Source: Enoplolaimus lenunculus (taxonomy: Eukaryota). From it: 64,000 nucleotides of DNA. Below are positions 1 through 12,783 of this stretch, piece by piece (position 1 is the first letter of the stretch; each line of letters starts with the position of its first letter). The DNA lies in the NCBI GenBank assembly GCA_030248215.1, contig JASANG010003810.1, positions 186,001 through 250,000 of the forward strand, read 5' to 3'. The position numbers and the translations under genes are program-made. Under the pieces are notes generated by a model. The model was not told the DNA's origin. It saw only the letters and a list, made by a program, of their open reading frames with translations, and made no database searches.

Positions 1-121
1 TCATAAGCATTTTATTAACGAGTCAACAAATTTATGGTACAAAAGTCTCGGCCTCGATTGATATTAATATTTTTTAATTCACAGACTGTAGGAGTATCCT
101 GTTTTGCTTTGAGACAGTGTG

Positions 122-377
122 CACTGTAAATTTCAGTGAGTTGATTTATTAACTCAGAATGAGTTGAATCACTCAGTTTGAGGTAGGACTATCAGAACTC
201 AGAATTTTGAGCTGATTCAACGCATTCTGAGTTAATTAACCAACCCACCCACAGTCAAATCAACTCAGATTGAGAATCAACTCAACTCAGAGTGAGTTTA
301 ATGTTTACTGATATTAATTCAGAAATAACCAACTCGCTAACTGAATTGATTAATCAACTCATTGGAATTTACAACGT
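122..377. mobile_element. CACTG-terminal MITE (family A, ~250 bp, AACTCA/TGAGTT-rich); other copies at ~2896, 4688, 5536, 7803, 9546, 21976, 24255, 31664, 31834, 37826, 38331, 38928
   Basis: TIR CACTGTAAATT...AATTTACAGTG; variable 2-bp TSDs (TG, TA, AA, AT) across copies, CMC/EnSpm-like. Confidence 0.8.
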
Positions 378-633
378 GTGTGACAACTTGCAGGTGCTAT
401 ACTAATTTTAATAGCTAAGTAATTTTCAATTACGTAAAATGTGATTCACTTGTTTGAAGTTGTACTTATCGTCAACTGTTTTATATCGATGGATGCCAGC
501 CAAGAACATGGCATCTGGCTCAAAACAGATTGTCAATTGAAAAACAAAAATTATGTCTTGACGTCCAAATTTTAAATTCTGAAATTTTCACGAATTCTGG
601 ATTGTCTGTCTAAAACTGTACGCAACATTTCAG

Positions 634-974
634 TGGTGACTCATCCGACGCTGATCCTGCTGAATTTTCATCGCCGTGGTGTTCCAGTTGTAGTCATCCT
701 AGTCGTATCAATTGCTGGTGGGAGCAAACATCACTGCGATATCGTTCTGAAATCACACTTTCGACCACAGAAAACACCACCGCCCATATACCGTCGATTC
801 ACGTCGAGACTCGGAGTCTGCTTGCAACAACCACTGCGACTAGTTGGCATTATGATTCACATCGTAGTGGCGCAACAACCGATGACGTCATCGAAATTCC
901 ACATGACTTGGTTGATGACGACATTCAACATACACGTGACGAAATCAATGACGTCATCGATGTTCTAAATGATG
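634..974 (+). CDS. Candidate coding exon (possible far-upstream N-terminal exon of the innexin)
   Basis: TTTCAG acceptor (628-633) and G|GTACGT donor (975). Stop-free frame GDSSDADPAEFSSPWCSSC...DEINDVIDVLND, phase 2 in and phase 1 out, in frame with exon 1595. GC-richer than the flanks. Confidence 0.5.
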
Positions 975-1594
975 GTACGTTGTATGGGTTCGTGATTTGC
1001 AGCGTCGGTGAAATCGTTTATGTAATTTGTAGTCTTGATAACGTCATCGCTGTTTTATAAATGACGCAACCAATAACGTCATTAAAACGTGGAGCCGAAT
1101 CCTCAGCTGTGTATAGCACTTATTGCCGGTTAATAATCCGCTTACAAATAAGCGAAGGGTGACAGCTCGGAATTTATCTACGCAGATGTAAACTGAATTG
1201 AATGCTAAATGTGCTAAATTTCAAACCTAATCAAGATGCTACGCAGATTTGAGGATGTATCCAGGCTGATATTCTGAGATAGCATCTATCACCGGTTAAC
1301 GTTTAGGTTTTTAAATTGATGAACTCCCACAGACCCGGATCTCAAAATTTGGGCAACAGTAGCGCTAGCCAACTGCGAAAAATGTGCTAAATTTCGAACC
1401 TCGCCATTCTTTGGTTCAAAAGTTACAAGACATATCGAAAACTGGTCACAAGTGCTACACACATTTGAGAATACTGCCAAACAAATATAACACCGTATTA
1501 ATAAAATAAATCGTCGATGTCCGTAGCAAGGAAACGTACCGAAAGAAATGACGTCATCGAAGCATCAAATGACGTGATTGACTTTGTGTTTCAG

Positions 1595-1798
1595 GTGACG
1601 ACAGCCAAACGTCACTGGTAGCACCATCCAGTCAGCGAACTTTTACAGATCAAAGGGTAACAAAATTTGCCGACAATTCAAATGATGAATCTTCAGTTGA
1701 AACCGTTCGTGCGCATGAATGTGGACGGAACGTAAATTTGCAACATCATCAACCCATTACTGATCAATTGCGGCCAATTTGGAACGACACAGTAACTG
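1595..1798 (+). CDS. Candidate coding exon (possible upstream N-terminal exon of the innexin)
   Basis: TTTCAG acceptor and G|GTTAGT donor. 204-nt symmetric phase-1 exon DDSQTSLVAPSS...RPIWNDTVT with no stops, phase-compatible with 634-974 and with the acceptor at 30374. Confidence 0.5.
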
Positions 1799-2391
1799 GT
1801 TAGTAACGCATGAGTTTGCACGACTGCGTAGCTTAGTGGTAATTGCGACGGACAGGTAGGGTAAACTTGGTTTAGTCCGTCACTTGGGTTAGTGCGGCAA
1901 TTCTAAGCAAAACTTGCTACTTGAATCTTTCAGATTACACCACATAGCCCTTAGATATATCATTTTGTTTGGCTTGATGCAACGCGTATTATGACGTAAT
2001 TTTCAAGCTTGGGTAATGCCGTCAATTTAATGTTTCATTCGTTTCAAGAAAAGAGGGTGTTTATTTAGATAAAATAGCTAAGAGTGCGCAAGCTGGGATC
2101 TAAGAACAAACGTTTCAAACTAACTACTGTACAGACTCGTATAAGAAAGGGACTGATATTTATTTGGCCTTCCCAGGGGGTACCCGCCTGGTTATTCGGT
2201 TACGGACTGTTATTTATTTTCAACCAGCTCTCCGCCACCCTTCCTTACTGATATATATCCGGTATTGCAACTATCACTTCAATTAAACGTATTTTGCCTT
2301 GAATCAAACGGTTGACGCATCCGCCGGCCAATTTTAATGAACGCCTCTGCTTACGGTAGGTACCGCATTAGCTTCAGCTTTTCGAAATTGT

Positions 2392-2732
2392 GGCCCATGT
2401 AAAGATGAGGGGCGGAACGTTTTTCTGTGGGACTGCTGTAGAGTAAAGCTTAAGCCTTAGACTAATTTTTGTTTGGTTTAGGCTTAGACTTAGGTTTAGG
2501 CTTAGGCTTAGGAATAAACTCGTTCTTACACTGTAAAAATTGGTGAGTCAAATTGACTCTCTCCGAAATAGGCTTTTCTTGACTACACAAATTCAGTCTT
2601 TGGGTAGTCAGGAAAAGCTTATTTCGGAGAGAGTCAATTTGACTCACCATTTTTGCAGTGTACGCTTAGGCTTAGGCTTAGACTTAGGAATATGCTTATA
2701 ATACTGTTCCGCCCCTGTTCTTTACGTTGTCT
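2392..2732. mobile_element. Telomeric-repeat MITE (family D, Merlin-like) with a nested CACTG family-B element at 2529-2660
   Basis: GGCCCATGTAAAGA TIR, TTAGGC core, 8-bp TSD GAAATTGT. Confidence 0.85.
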
Positions 2733-3939
2733 GAAATTGTTGAGGCGTTAATATGTAAATATAGAATCACTTTGTGGAAACATTGTCCTTCTTAATATTT
2801 TCCATCTCATCTGATATCTATGTAAGTACTCCAGAAGTTCTGGATCTTCGAACGAATAACATTTTACGTTTTGTAGAGATTTTGCACTGAGCGTATACTG
2901 TAAATTCCGATCAGTTATGATTAATCAACTCTGAGAGCGAATTAGTCATTTCGGGTTATTTCTGAGTTAAAAACAGTAAACATTTAAACTCGCTAGTTGG
3001 TTTAAATCCGGGGGACATAATTTATTAACTCAGAATGAGTTAATTCAATTTAGATTCCTGAGTTCTGAAAGACCTATATAATTCTGAACTTAGACTTCTG
3101 AGCGGAATCAACTCATTCTGAGTTAAAATCAACTCACTGGAATTTACAGTGTAAATATATATTACTTCAAAAGGCACCATTTCTTTGGCTCATGTATAAA
3201 ACAGGATTGTTTTCCGGAGGGGCTATAATGGAGTCACTTTAAGCTCTAGACTAATTTTCTGCTTAGGCTTAGCCTTAGGTTTAGGAATAAGCTCATCCAT
3301 ACGCTTAGGCTTAGCCTTAGGTTTAGGCTTATGAATACGCTTATGCTACTGTTCCGACCCTGTTCTAAGCGTAAAATTTTCAATTTGACGGACCCAAACT
3401 ACTAAATCAAAACCAAACATCTTATAGACGAAACGGAGTACTGAAACTAGTTTATCAACTTATAAGCAATAGAATTAAAGCTTAAGGCTTTAGACTAGTT
3501 TTTTTGCTTAGGCTTAGGCTTTAGGTTTAGATATATACGCTTAGGCTTACACGTAGGCATAGGAATACGCTTACACTACTGTTACGGCCCTGTTTACACG
3601 TTGACCGCCAGTTCTGATGGGCTTACATTCCTCATCGGAAAAATAATTTACACATTTGCATTAATGCACTAATAATAATGAACATACGCTTGCAGATTTG
3701 TATTTATACGGCTTGCACGATGTATTTTGGCGTATGCACCAGTTTGTGTTTTAGTTGCTCATAGTATACCCCATGTGTAAACAAAAAATTGCAGACAATA
3801 AATGAATATTTTTTCAAATAATCACAAACTTCGTGATTGGTTGCTTAGGCAACCGTGAAACGCAAAGCTTAAATTTGATTTGGAGACTAAAGAATTGGTT
3901 TTTGAAGTTTATGAAACGCATAATTGATTACATTTTCTG

Positions 3940-4317
3940 TATTATTATTATTATTATTATTATTACAATTATTATTATTATTACTACAATTATTATTATT
4001 ATTATTATTATTATTACAATTATTATTATTACAATTATTATTGTTATTATTATTATTATTATATGTTATTATTATTATTATTATTACAATTATTATTACT
4101 ACAATTATTATTATTATTATTACTATTATTATTATTATTACAATTATTATTATTATATGTTATTATTATTATTATTATTACAATTATTATTATTATTACT
4201 ACAATTATTATTATTATTACTATTATTATTATTATTACAATTATTATTATTACAATTATTATTGTTATTATTATTATATGTTATTATTATTATTATTGTT
4301 ATTATTATTATTATTAA
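3940..4317. repeat. (ATT)n microsatellite with ACA/GTT/ACT interruptions
   Basis: Seen directly. Confidence 0.97.
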
Positions 4318-7300
4318 TTTATATTCAACTTCAACCATCTTGCGGTACGCGAAAAGTTTACCGCGAATTACAATGTAGCGCAATTTGCGTCATAAATTGA
4401 TATCCTGCTCTGCTGAAGTAATGAGAAAAAATTATTCAGTAAAAATTGATTTATGTATACGAAGTTAATAGTCTTCATTCGTTAGAGCTGAACGCTTGTG
4501 TCAGTATTATCAAATGTGTGTCGCACCTATTGCCAACATTTGAAATCACGTTTTTTTATCTTAATTTACAAGCCGGAAAATTGTGAGCTTTAAATTTCAG
4601 TACCATTTTGCATTTGACAGCGGCAGCTGAGCTACACGCTAGTAGTAGGTACCCGCGGGCAAACGCGGGACGGGTAAGATTAATCTTCACTGTAAATTTC
4701 AGTGAGTTGACTTTAACTCAGAATGAGTTGAATCACTGTGTCTGAGTTTGGATTATCAGAACTCAGAATTTAGAGTTGATTGAATTCATTCTAAGTTAAT
4801 TAATCAACTCACTCAAAGTCGACTCAACTCAGAGTGAGTGAATGATTACTGATATTAATTCACAAAAAACCAACTAGCTAGCTGAATGGATTGATCAGCT
4901 CATTGGAATTTACAGTGTGTCTTTACCTACCTAAAATTTTCATAAGAAACTTGAAACCAGGTAATGTAAAAAAACTTGAATTTTTAAACTGTTTTACGGT
5001 AGCAGTAAAAAATAAGTATCGAGTAACATCAATGCACTGTAAAATTAAACAGTTGTTTTGAACGCAGAAGAAAAAATAAGGGTGGGTAATCGCGGTAAAC
5101 GTAAAACAATTTTATTTTGCGCGAGTAAAGACGGGTAACGGGTAAAAAAAATTTGCGCGGATTTGAATCACTCAATGCGAGTTAGCACTTTCAGAAACCA
5201 GAATTTTGAGACAATAAAACTCACTCGGAGTTCATTATTCAGGTCAATCAGAATCAAGCGGAGTCAGTGTAAGAATCAACTCAACTTAGAGTGAGTTAAC
5301 GTTTACTCATATTAACTTAGAAATAACTAACTCTCTGGCTGTGTTGATTAATCAACTCATTGAAATTTACAGTCTACTATTCCTTCTTTGTTCTATACAC
5401 TGGCCAAGACAATAGACAATTTTAGAGGGTTGTGAAATTTAACAAGACTATATGAAAAAAATTTTCACATTCTTTGCTTGTAAATACCATTCGCGCAACG
5501 CAATCAATAGATATCTGCCACAAAACGATCTTGTACACTGTAAATTCCAGTGAATTGATTTTAATTCAGAATGCATTGAATCACTGAGTCTGAAATAAGT
5601 ATTTCAGAATTCTGTATCGATTGTTATTTGATAAATCAACTCCCTCGGTATCAACTCAACTCAGAGTGAGTTAAAGTTTACTGTGTTTATCTCAGTAATA
5701 ACTAACTTGCCGTCTAAAAGTTGAATAATCAACTCATTCGAATTAACAGTGTAAGCCTAAACAAAAAAAACTAGACTAAAGCTTTAGCTTACTCAATTGC
5801 AGATCCACAGAAAAACGTTCCGCCCATGATTTTTATATGATCATTATTTTCTTTCCAATAGGGTTGGTATATATCCGCTGTATATTCCTTTGTGTCGTCT
5901 GCGTTAACCTCGTATCTTCAAAGGCCAGTACCAGTTGAAAGGCGTTGCTCATTTTTTATGCCAGTCAGAATTGGCAATTTTGTCACCCCATCAGGAATTA
6001 CGAGGGTTTATATATCCTCTGTATCCCACCTGCTTGTCAAAGTAGTTATCATCGGAGTGATTTCAACTTCGTTATTTGACATTTTGAAGGCAGTTTCGGA
6101 TTTTTATGGCCTGTAACCGCCTGTAAATTTAGCGTTTTGTCTTCTCTACGTGGACCCGTAGCCAACTGGAGCCAGAAGGCTCAGCCTTGCTGGAAAAATT
6201 TCGGTCACCCCTAAAAAATTTACAACTTTACTTGTAAGTCATCAAAAACCCTTGTGTACCCTCTGAATAATTTCTAGCTTCCCTAGCAAGGTGAGCAGTA
6301 CTGGCCTGTCTCCACGCGAAGCGTATATTTTTCATGGATTCCCTCTTGTAACCAGGCCCATTAGCCAGCACACCTTGCTAGGGGGGCCAAAAATTCAGGA
6401 GTGGCATACAAGTGTTTTGTTTCGTTACAAGCAAGGTTAAAAATTGTCTAGTGGTACCCAACATTTATTTAGGGGATTGGGCTGAGCCCCCGTGTCCCTC
6501 CTTGGTTACCGGACCCGAGCTTAACCATACTGTTCACGCTTGTAAAAGTATAAAAGTTGTCTCAAGGTGATTTTATGCTTGTTATAATTCTCAGAAACGT
6601 CGTTAACATTTTTACAAGACATTTTAGCAAACAAACGCACACAACGCTAGCATTAGTGAAATAATTTATTCATTCTTATCAACTTATAACAACTACTGTA
6701 TTTTGATATTATTTTCAGCTTGTTATTTTGCACAGATTTGAGAGTTTAAACCATGTTTACAGTGTTATGAAACTATTGCTTATGAATATAAATGCAAAAA
6801 AAAACTCGGCCAATGCCTTGGCTGTAACAGTAGTATAAGCGTATTCCTAAGCCTAAACAAGCCCATGTATAACGATCATAGGCGGAACGTATTTCTGCGG
6901 GACCACAGCAGAGGAAGCTTAAAAGCGTTAGACGTATTTTTTGCTTAAACTTACGCTTAGGTATTAGGTTATTTTTAAGCTTAGGCTTAGGAATATGCTT
7001 ATTCTACTGTTATGGTCCTGTTCTATGCATTGGACTCTATCCGTTTACGGATTCTTATTAGGATAAGGACTCTAATTGATTGGGGACTCAAAATGGTACC
7101 CCCTTTGTTATTATTCAAAAATTGGATTTTTGTTAAAATATTGACTTATAGAAGACCCAGCCCATATAGAGTTGGCCCATGTATATAACAGGGCCGGATC
7201 GTCTTCCGGCGGGGCTATAATAGAGTCAGTTTAAGCTTTAGACTAAGTTTTTTACTTAGGCGTAGACTTAGGCTTAGGAATATGCTTATACTACTGTTCC

Positions 7301-7802
7301 GGCCGTGTTCTATACATTGGCAGCAAAGTTTTGCAACACCCATACCTGTAAATCTGTATATCATTGGATTTTTAAGCATTCTTAATCTATTATTGGCCTT
7401 TTCTGAAACCATATTCTGCCGAAGTGCAATATGAAACTTTACTCAGGAATTTTCACAAAGGCTACCTCTTCCGGTCACCACTGTGCTGACGCTGCTGTTG
7501 AATTGCATTTATTAAACTCAATCTGAGTTTTAATTAATCAGCTCACCCAGAATTAAATCAGCTCAAAGTGAGTTCATAATTATTGTTGTTATTAACTCAG
7601 AAATAACCAAAAATAACTAATTCTCCACTCTGAGTAAATTAATCAACTCATTGGAATTTACAGTGAGATCAACTTATAGGTTTCGCTTATGATAAATATA
7701 TAGATTGTATAATACGAGAAAAGGTCATACATCCGAAACTTTTTCTACTAGCAATCAAAACATTTTTTAGTTTTTCACAACACTCTATATTATGATATAA
7801 TA

Positions 7803-8032
7803 CACTGTACATTCCAATGAATTGATTAATCAATTCACGTCGCCAATAGGTTATTTCTGAAATAATATCAGTAAACATCAACTCACTCTGAGTTGAGTTG
7901 ACTCTGGGTAAGTTGACTTATTAACTCACAATGAAATGAAGCAACTCAAAATTCTGAGTTCTCATAGTCCTAACTCAGACCGATTGATTCAACTAATTCT
8001 GAGTTAAAATCAACTCACTGAAATTTACAGTG
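7803..8032. mobile_element. CACTG MITE family A
   Basis: TA|CACTGTA...TTTACAGTG|TA. Confidence 0.8.
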
Positions 8033-8235
8033 TAATAACCTAAAATCCCATAGAATTGTTTAATTTTACCGACCATTTTAGTCTATCGTTATAATGAAGC
8101 TGATTACTCTAAAGATTACGATACCGCCACGTGGCATGGTAAAATTTATTATTAAAAATTTTACCCAATTAAAATAATGCCACAACCCTAAGACTAATTT
8201 GAACCGCAATTGGTCTCTAAAATTTTGTAACCATG

Positions 8236-8445
8236 CACTGCGAAAAATGGTGAGTCATATTGACTCTCTCGGAAACAGGCTTTTCCTGACTACACAAATT
8301 GAGAGTCAAATTAGACTCCACCAGAGTCAAATTCGATTCACTATGCGCACGTTTGACTCTGGCGAAGTCGAATTTGACTCAGTTTGTGTAGTCAGGAAAA
8401 TGCTATTTGCGAGAGAGTCAATTTGACTCCCAATTTTTTGCAGTG
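8236..8445. mobile_element. Palindromic CACTG MITE (family B, GAGTCA/TGACTC-rich); copies at ~2529, 12827, 14078, 28762, 44365, 49715, 52848
   Basis: CACTGCAAAAAATGGTGAGTCAAATTGACTC long TIRs; 2-bp TSD TG or TA. Confidence 0.82.
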
Positions 8446-8722
8446 TGAACCCTGCATATTTCAAAATTCTAAAATCTTACCCACTTCAGCCTGAATAACA
8501 ATTTTAAAATTAAACCATATTTAAATTTTCAATTGTTCTCAAACCCAGCTGTATTATAAGCTTCTGTCGTTCGGTTTCCGTTCATTCCAATTAGTGGCTC
8601 TTTTCAAGTCTTTAGCCTCAGCCTAAGTCGTCTATTTGTGGTCTACAAAATAGACTTTTCGTCAATCTAAAATCATTTTCAAGCATTAGTTTGTGTAAAC
8701 ATTTGAAATATATAGATGTGTG

Positions 8723-8923
8723 AGCCCATGTATAGATCGGGGGCGGAACATTTTTCTGTGGAACTATAAAACAGTAAGCTTAAACTTTAGACTATTTTTT
8801 TGCATGGCTTAGGCTTAGCCGTAGGAATATGCTCATTCTTACGCTTAGATTTAGGCTTAGGCTTAGGCTTAGGAATAGGAATATGCTTATAATACTGTTC
8901 CGGCCCTCTTCTTTGCATTGGCC
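8723..8923. mobile_element. Telomeric-repeat MITE (family D)
   Basis: TIRs, TTAGGC core, 8-bp TSD GATGTGTG. Confidence 0.85.
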
Positions 8924-10570
8924 GATGTGTGTAATATATATTTATATTTATATATGTATCAGGGTTCCAATAGGAACTAAATGTTTGCCGGAACAGGAAC
9001 AGGAACAGGAATTCAACCGTTTTGCACGAACTGGAATTTGAAGCAATTTTTATCACCGAATATTTCTTTAGGACTTTTCAGCCACTTATGAAAATATGGC
9101 TTAAGCGAATTTTTAGCTATTTCATCACCAAATTTTGCAAAAACACATCACCAACGGTTAATTACAAAACATCAGTTTCGAAATAAATTTTTTAAAGACA
9201 AAGTTTCCAATATTCAAATGATTTTATGAATATAATTTGCGACAAAGCTGAGTTGATTAATAAACACACTGGAATATACAGTGTGGCAGCAGTAAAGTTT
9301 TAATGGAGTAAAAACTTTACGCTTAAATGTGTGTTTCAATTGTACGTTGAACAAGCTCATAAGTACTATATTGGTTCGAAAAAACAAATCAAATTTAAAC
9401 TTTGTTTCCAGATTACGGATCAGAAAAGTTGGGTTTACTGTCAAATATTCAAAGTACCGGTTGCCGATCCAAAAATATATATTCCACACATTTCACACAA
9501 TTTGGGTACGAGAAGTTGTATTATGAAAGTCAACTCAGAATTGTACGCTGTAATTTCCAGTGAGTTGATTTTAACTCAGAATGAGTTGAATAACTTAGTG
9601 TGAATTAGGACTATCAGAACTCACAATTTTGAGTTGATTCAACTTATTCTGATTTAATTAGTCAACTCCCCCGGAGTCAACTCAGCTCAAAGTGAGAATC
9701 AAGTCACCTCCGAGTGAGTTAAAGTTTACTGAAACTCACAATTACCTAATTTTTCGTTCGAGTTGATTAATTAACTCATTGGAATTTACAGTGTAACTCG
9801 GACGCGTTTGGGTTGTCTGGCTTGGGGAGCGGCACATTTCAACACGCACCTCCTTATTATTTGCCAATTCACCAGGTTATCAGAAGCTGACTAAAAATAC
9901 TATTATAGTTTGAAATAAAGTTTTCTTAAAACTTGATTTTAATACAAGCTGCGGAAATAGCATTCCTAAATAGAAAGGCCTGGCGGCGCTGTTTGATTCT
10001 AGGTATGATCTAAATTTGACTTATATATATTTATATATATTTATATATATTCACAGTTCAACTTAGCTGGAAGCTAAATACAAAGTTTTTTCTCGGTACA
10101 TTTCTGAGTTTTTGAAGCGAGCACATGTTAGACATTTAAAATAAACATTTATTGGAGCCAGGATTGCTTTTTTCAGCCAATGTAAAGCACAGGGCCGTAA
10201 CAGTAGTATTAAGCATATTTCTAGTCCTAAGCCAAAGCTAAAAAATAATCCAAAGCTTAAGCTTATTCTCTTGCAGTGTTGTGAAAAACCTTTCCGCCCG
10301 TAACCTTTTACATCGATATTTTTTCCGAAACAAATTGAATCGACCGGAAAAACGGTTTGTCTCGTTTGCAGAATAGCAGAGCAATTGAAAAAGATGTACT
10401 CGAGCTTCAACAAATGCCGAGGCTGTTGATGGACGCTTCACAAATTTTTATCTTTTTTCCACCTCTTCGCAAAAAACGTTAAAAAACTGTTTTTTCTTGG
10501 TTAAATTTCCGGTGCCGAACCCTGATTGGAGCTGAGAAATTCAACAAATTTGCTAAAAAATTGTCATTCG

Positions 10571-10815
10571 CACTCAAAATAATATTTCTGATATTTAAGA
10601 AACAATTTCTTACATTTGAGAAATATGATTAGCAAGGTGCACTTGAAAAGTATTTCTGTTATGACAGAAATGTTTTCAAAAAATGTTTTGAAATAAAGTC
10701 TGAAAATAAACGTTTTCCAGTTATTTTTAAAAAAATTGTCTTAAATATCAGCAAAACTTTTCAGATTTGCCACAGAAAACACTTTTCTGAATAAAGTCAG
10801 AAATATTTTTGTGTG
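10571..10815. mobile_element. CACTC-terminal MITE (family G); copies at 27146-27389 and partial ~21200-21316
   Basis: CG|CACTCAAAATAATATTTCTGA...AATATTTTTGTGTG|CG. Confidence 0.7.
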
Positions 10816-11039
10816 CGGGAGTAGAAGCGGTTATTTTAAACCTTTCTTCCCGCATGAAGTCAGTGCATACCATAAGCAACTAATTGCAAACTGTGTGCGT
10901 GCATTAAATAAACACTGCACAATATTCAACAATTTATTACACATGTGTGTAGTACAATATCTCCGCAAGACGTGAAAACCCTCTCGGGCTCTCGAAAGTC
11001 AAGCACCAACAGCTAACTGGTTATGGTGAACATTTCCCA

Positions 11040-11384
11040 CTCTCTAAAAGCTTAAACTAACTTGATTTAAGCTTAAGCTAATCCAGCAGTATTAAACTAA
11101 CTTTTTAGATTAACTAAACTAACAGGTAGGCTTACGCTTAAACTGATTTAAGATCTTACATATTTTCAGTTTAAGCTAAACTTAATGAACTCTTAGATAC
11201 ACGGCTGCACTTGTTACTTTAATCTAAAAATAAGTTTACTTAAACTCGTGTTAAGCTTGAAAACACATTAGTTTATGTAAAACTTAAAATTGTAGTTTAG
11301 TTAGTCCGTCCAGCCATTTAAGTTTTACTTAAACTGATATTCAAGTTTAGTTGAGCTATCATTTAAGTTTAAGTTTTTAGAGAG
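11040..11384. mobile_element. CTCTCTAAAA-terminal MITE (family C, ~345 bp); copies at 13197-13550 and 24717-25054
   Basis: TIR CTCTCTAAAA...TTTTAGAGAG; 2-bp TSD CA or TA; three similar copies. Confidence 0.8.
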
Positions 11385-12088
11385 CAGTCGCGAGACAGGA
11401 GTTTCGAATCTTAGCGAGAAATTAGATTTCAATTGTAGAACAAAAATATTTTGCACGCGAATGGGTAAAAGGTGAGCATAGGTTCATCTACTGTAATGTA
11501 TACTGACTCGGGTTCACGTTATCACTGGTGCAATCTGAAACACGTTTTGTCCCTATTACAAAAACGGGAAACATTTTGTCTGCACGTTGATATATAATCC
11601 AGCATTTGAAATCATTTACTGCAATTATGTAACATTTTACTATTTGATTAGTGCGCACAAATTACCTTGTTCTGCATAACATCATGTGATATTTGGTAGA
11701 ATATTGGAATATCATACGATATTAGCATGGATACATCGTAGTATCATGTGACTTATGGTTATTTGTATACGATAAATACTTGAGAACAGTGGTTTTTGTA
11801 AGTCAATGTGATGTAATATTTACATTTTGTTGTCATACTCGCTATTTCAATCACAAAATTTTGTGTTCACGTCGAATCAACATAGACAAAACGTGTTCCG
11901 GGTTGCCCAGTTAAAGCCGAAGAAACTGAAACTAAATAAATGCTGTGCTACTAGCTTAGATATCAGTTCTAGAGGGTAACAGATGTAGAAATACTCTTGC
12001 AAGCACGCAAACAAAAGAACAAAACATTTTCTAAATCTGCGGTTTGCCTCAAACCCGTGACGTGTTCGGCTTACCGATTCGTTACTTT

Positions 12089-12302
12089 GGCCAATGTAAA
12101 GAACAGGGGCGGAACAGTATTATAAACATATTCCTAAACCTAAGCCTAAGCCTAAACTTAAGCGTAAGAATGATCATATTCCTAAGCCTAAGCCTAGCTA
12201 ACGCGTAAGCCTAAGCCAAGCAAAAAAAATTAGTCTAAAGCTTAAGTATACTCTATTCTAGTCAAACAGAAAAACTCTCCACCCCTGATCTTTACATGGG
12301 CC
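12089..12302. mobile_element. Telomeric-repeat MITE (family D)
   Basis: GGCCAATGTAAAGA...TTTACATGGGCC, GCCTAA core, degenerate 8-bp TSD. Confidence 0.85.
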
Positions 12303-12574
12303 GCTGCTTTGAATAAGATTACATTTTTACGGATTCAAATTCTAGCGCTCAGGATTGTTTTTTGAGTTATTTCTATTTTAAAAATAATATTTTAATATAA
12401 AATTACTTAAAATAAAAGAAATTTAATCTTGAAAGAAGTTCGTTCAAAATGAACGTCTAAAGCGAGTTGGTCGCAACAACAATGCAAAAACATTATTCGT
12501 GGCCAATTCGTACCACAGGTAAGTATAGTTATTATGACAAACAAACGAAAAATTAGCTAAGATATACACTTGAG

Positions 12575-12783
12575 GGCCCATGTATAGAACAGGTCCGGAT
12601 CGTTTTCCGGAGGGGCTATAATAGAGTCAGTTTAAGCTTTAGACGAAGTTTTTTGTTTAGGCTTAGGTTTCGGCTTAAGCTTAGGAATAGGCTCATCCAT
12701 ACGCTTAGGCTTAGGCTTAGGCTGAGGCTTAGGCTTAGGAATATGCTTATACTTCTGTTCCGGCCTTGTTCTATACATGGGCC
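12575..12783. mobile_element. Telomeric-repeat MITE (family D, subfamily D2)
   Basis: GGCCCATGTATAGAAC TIRs, perfect 8-bp TSD CACTTGAG. Confidence 0.9.

Noticed and set aside
633..968. 111-aa ORF from the ORF track
   Set aside because: It starts at a GTG overlapping the splice acceptor; a different frame of the same segment fits the splice signals better.
3833..4400. ORFs of 76-181 aa rich in I/L/Y/N
   Set aside because: Translations of the (ATT)n microsatellite.
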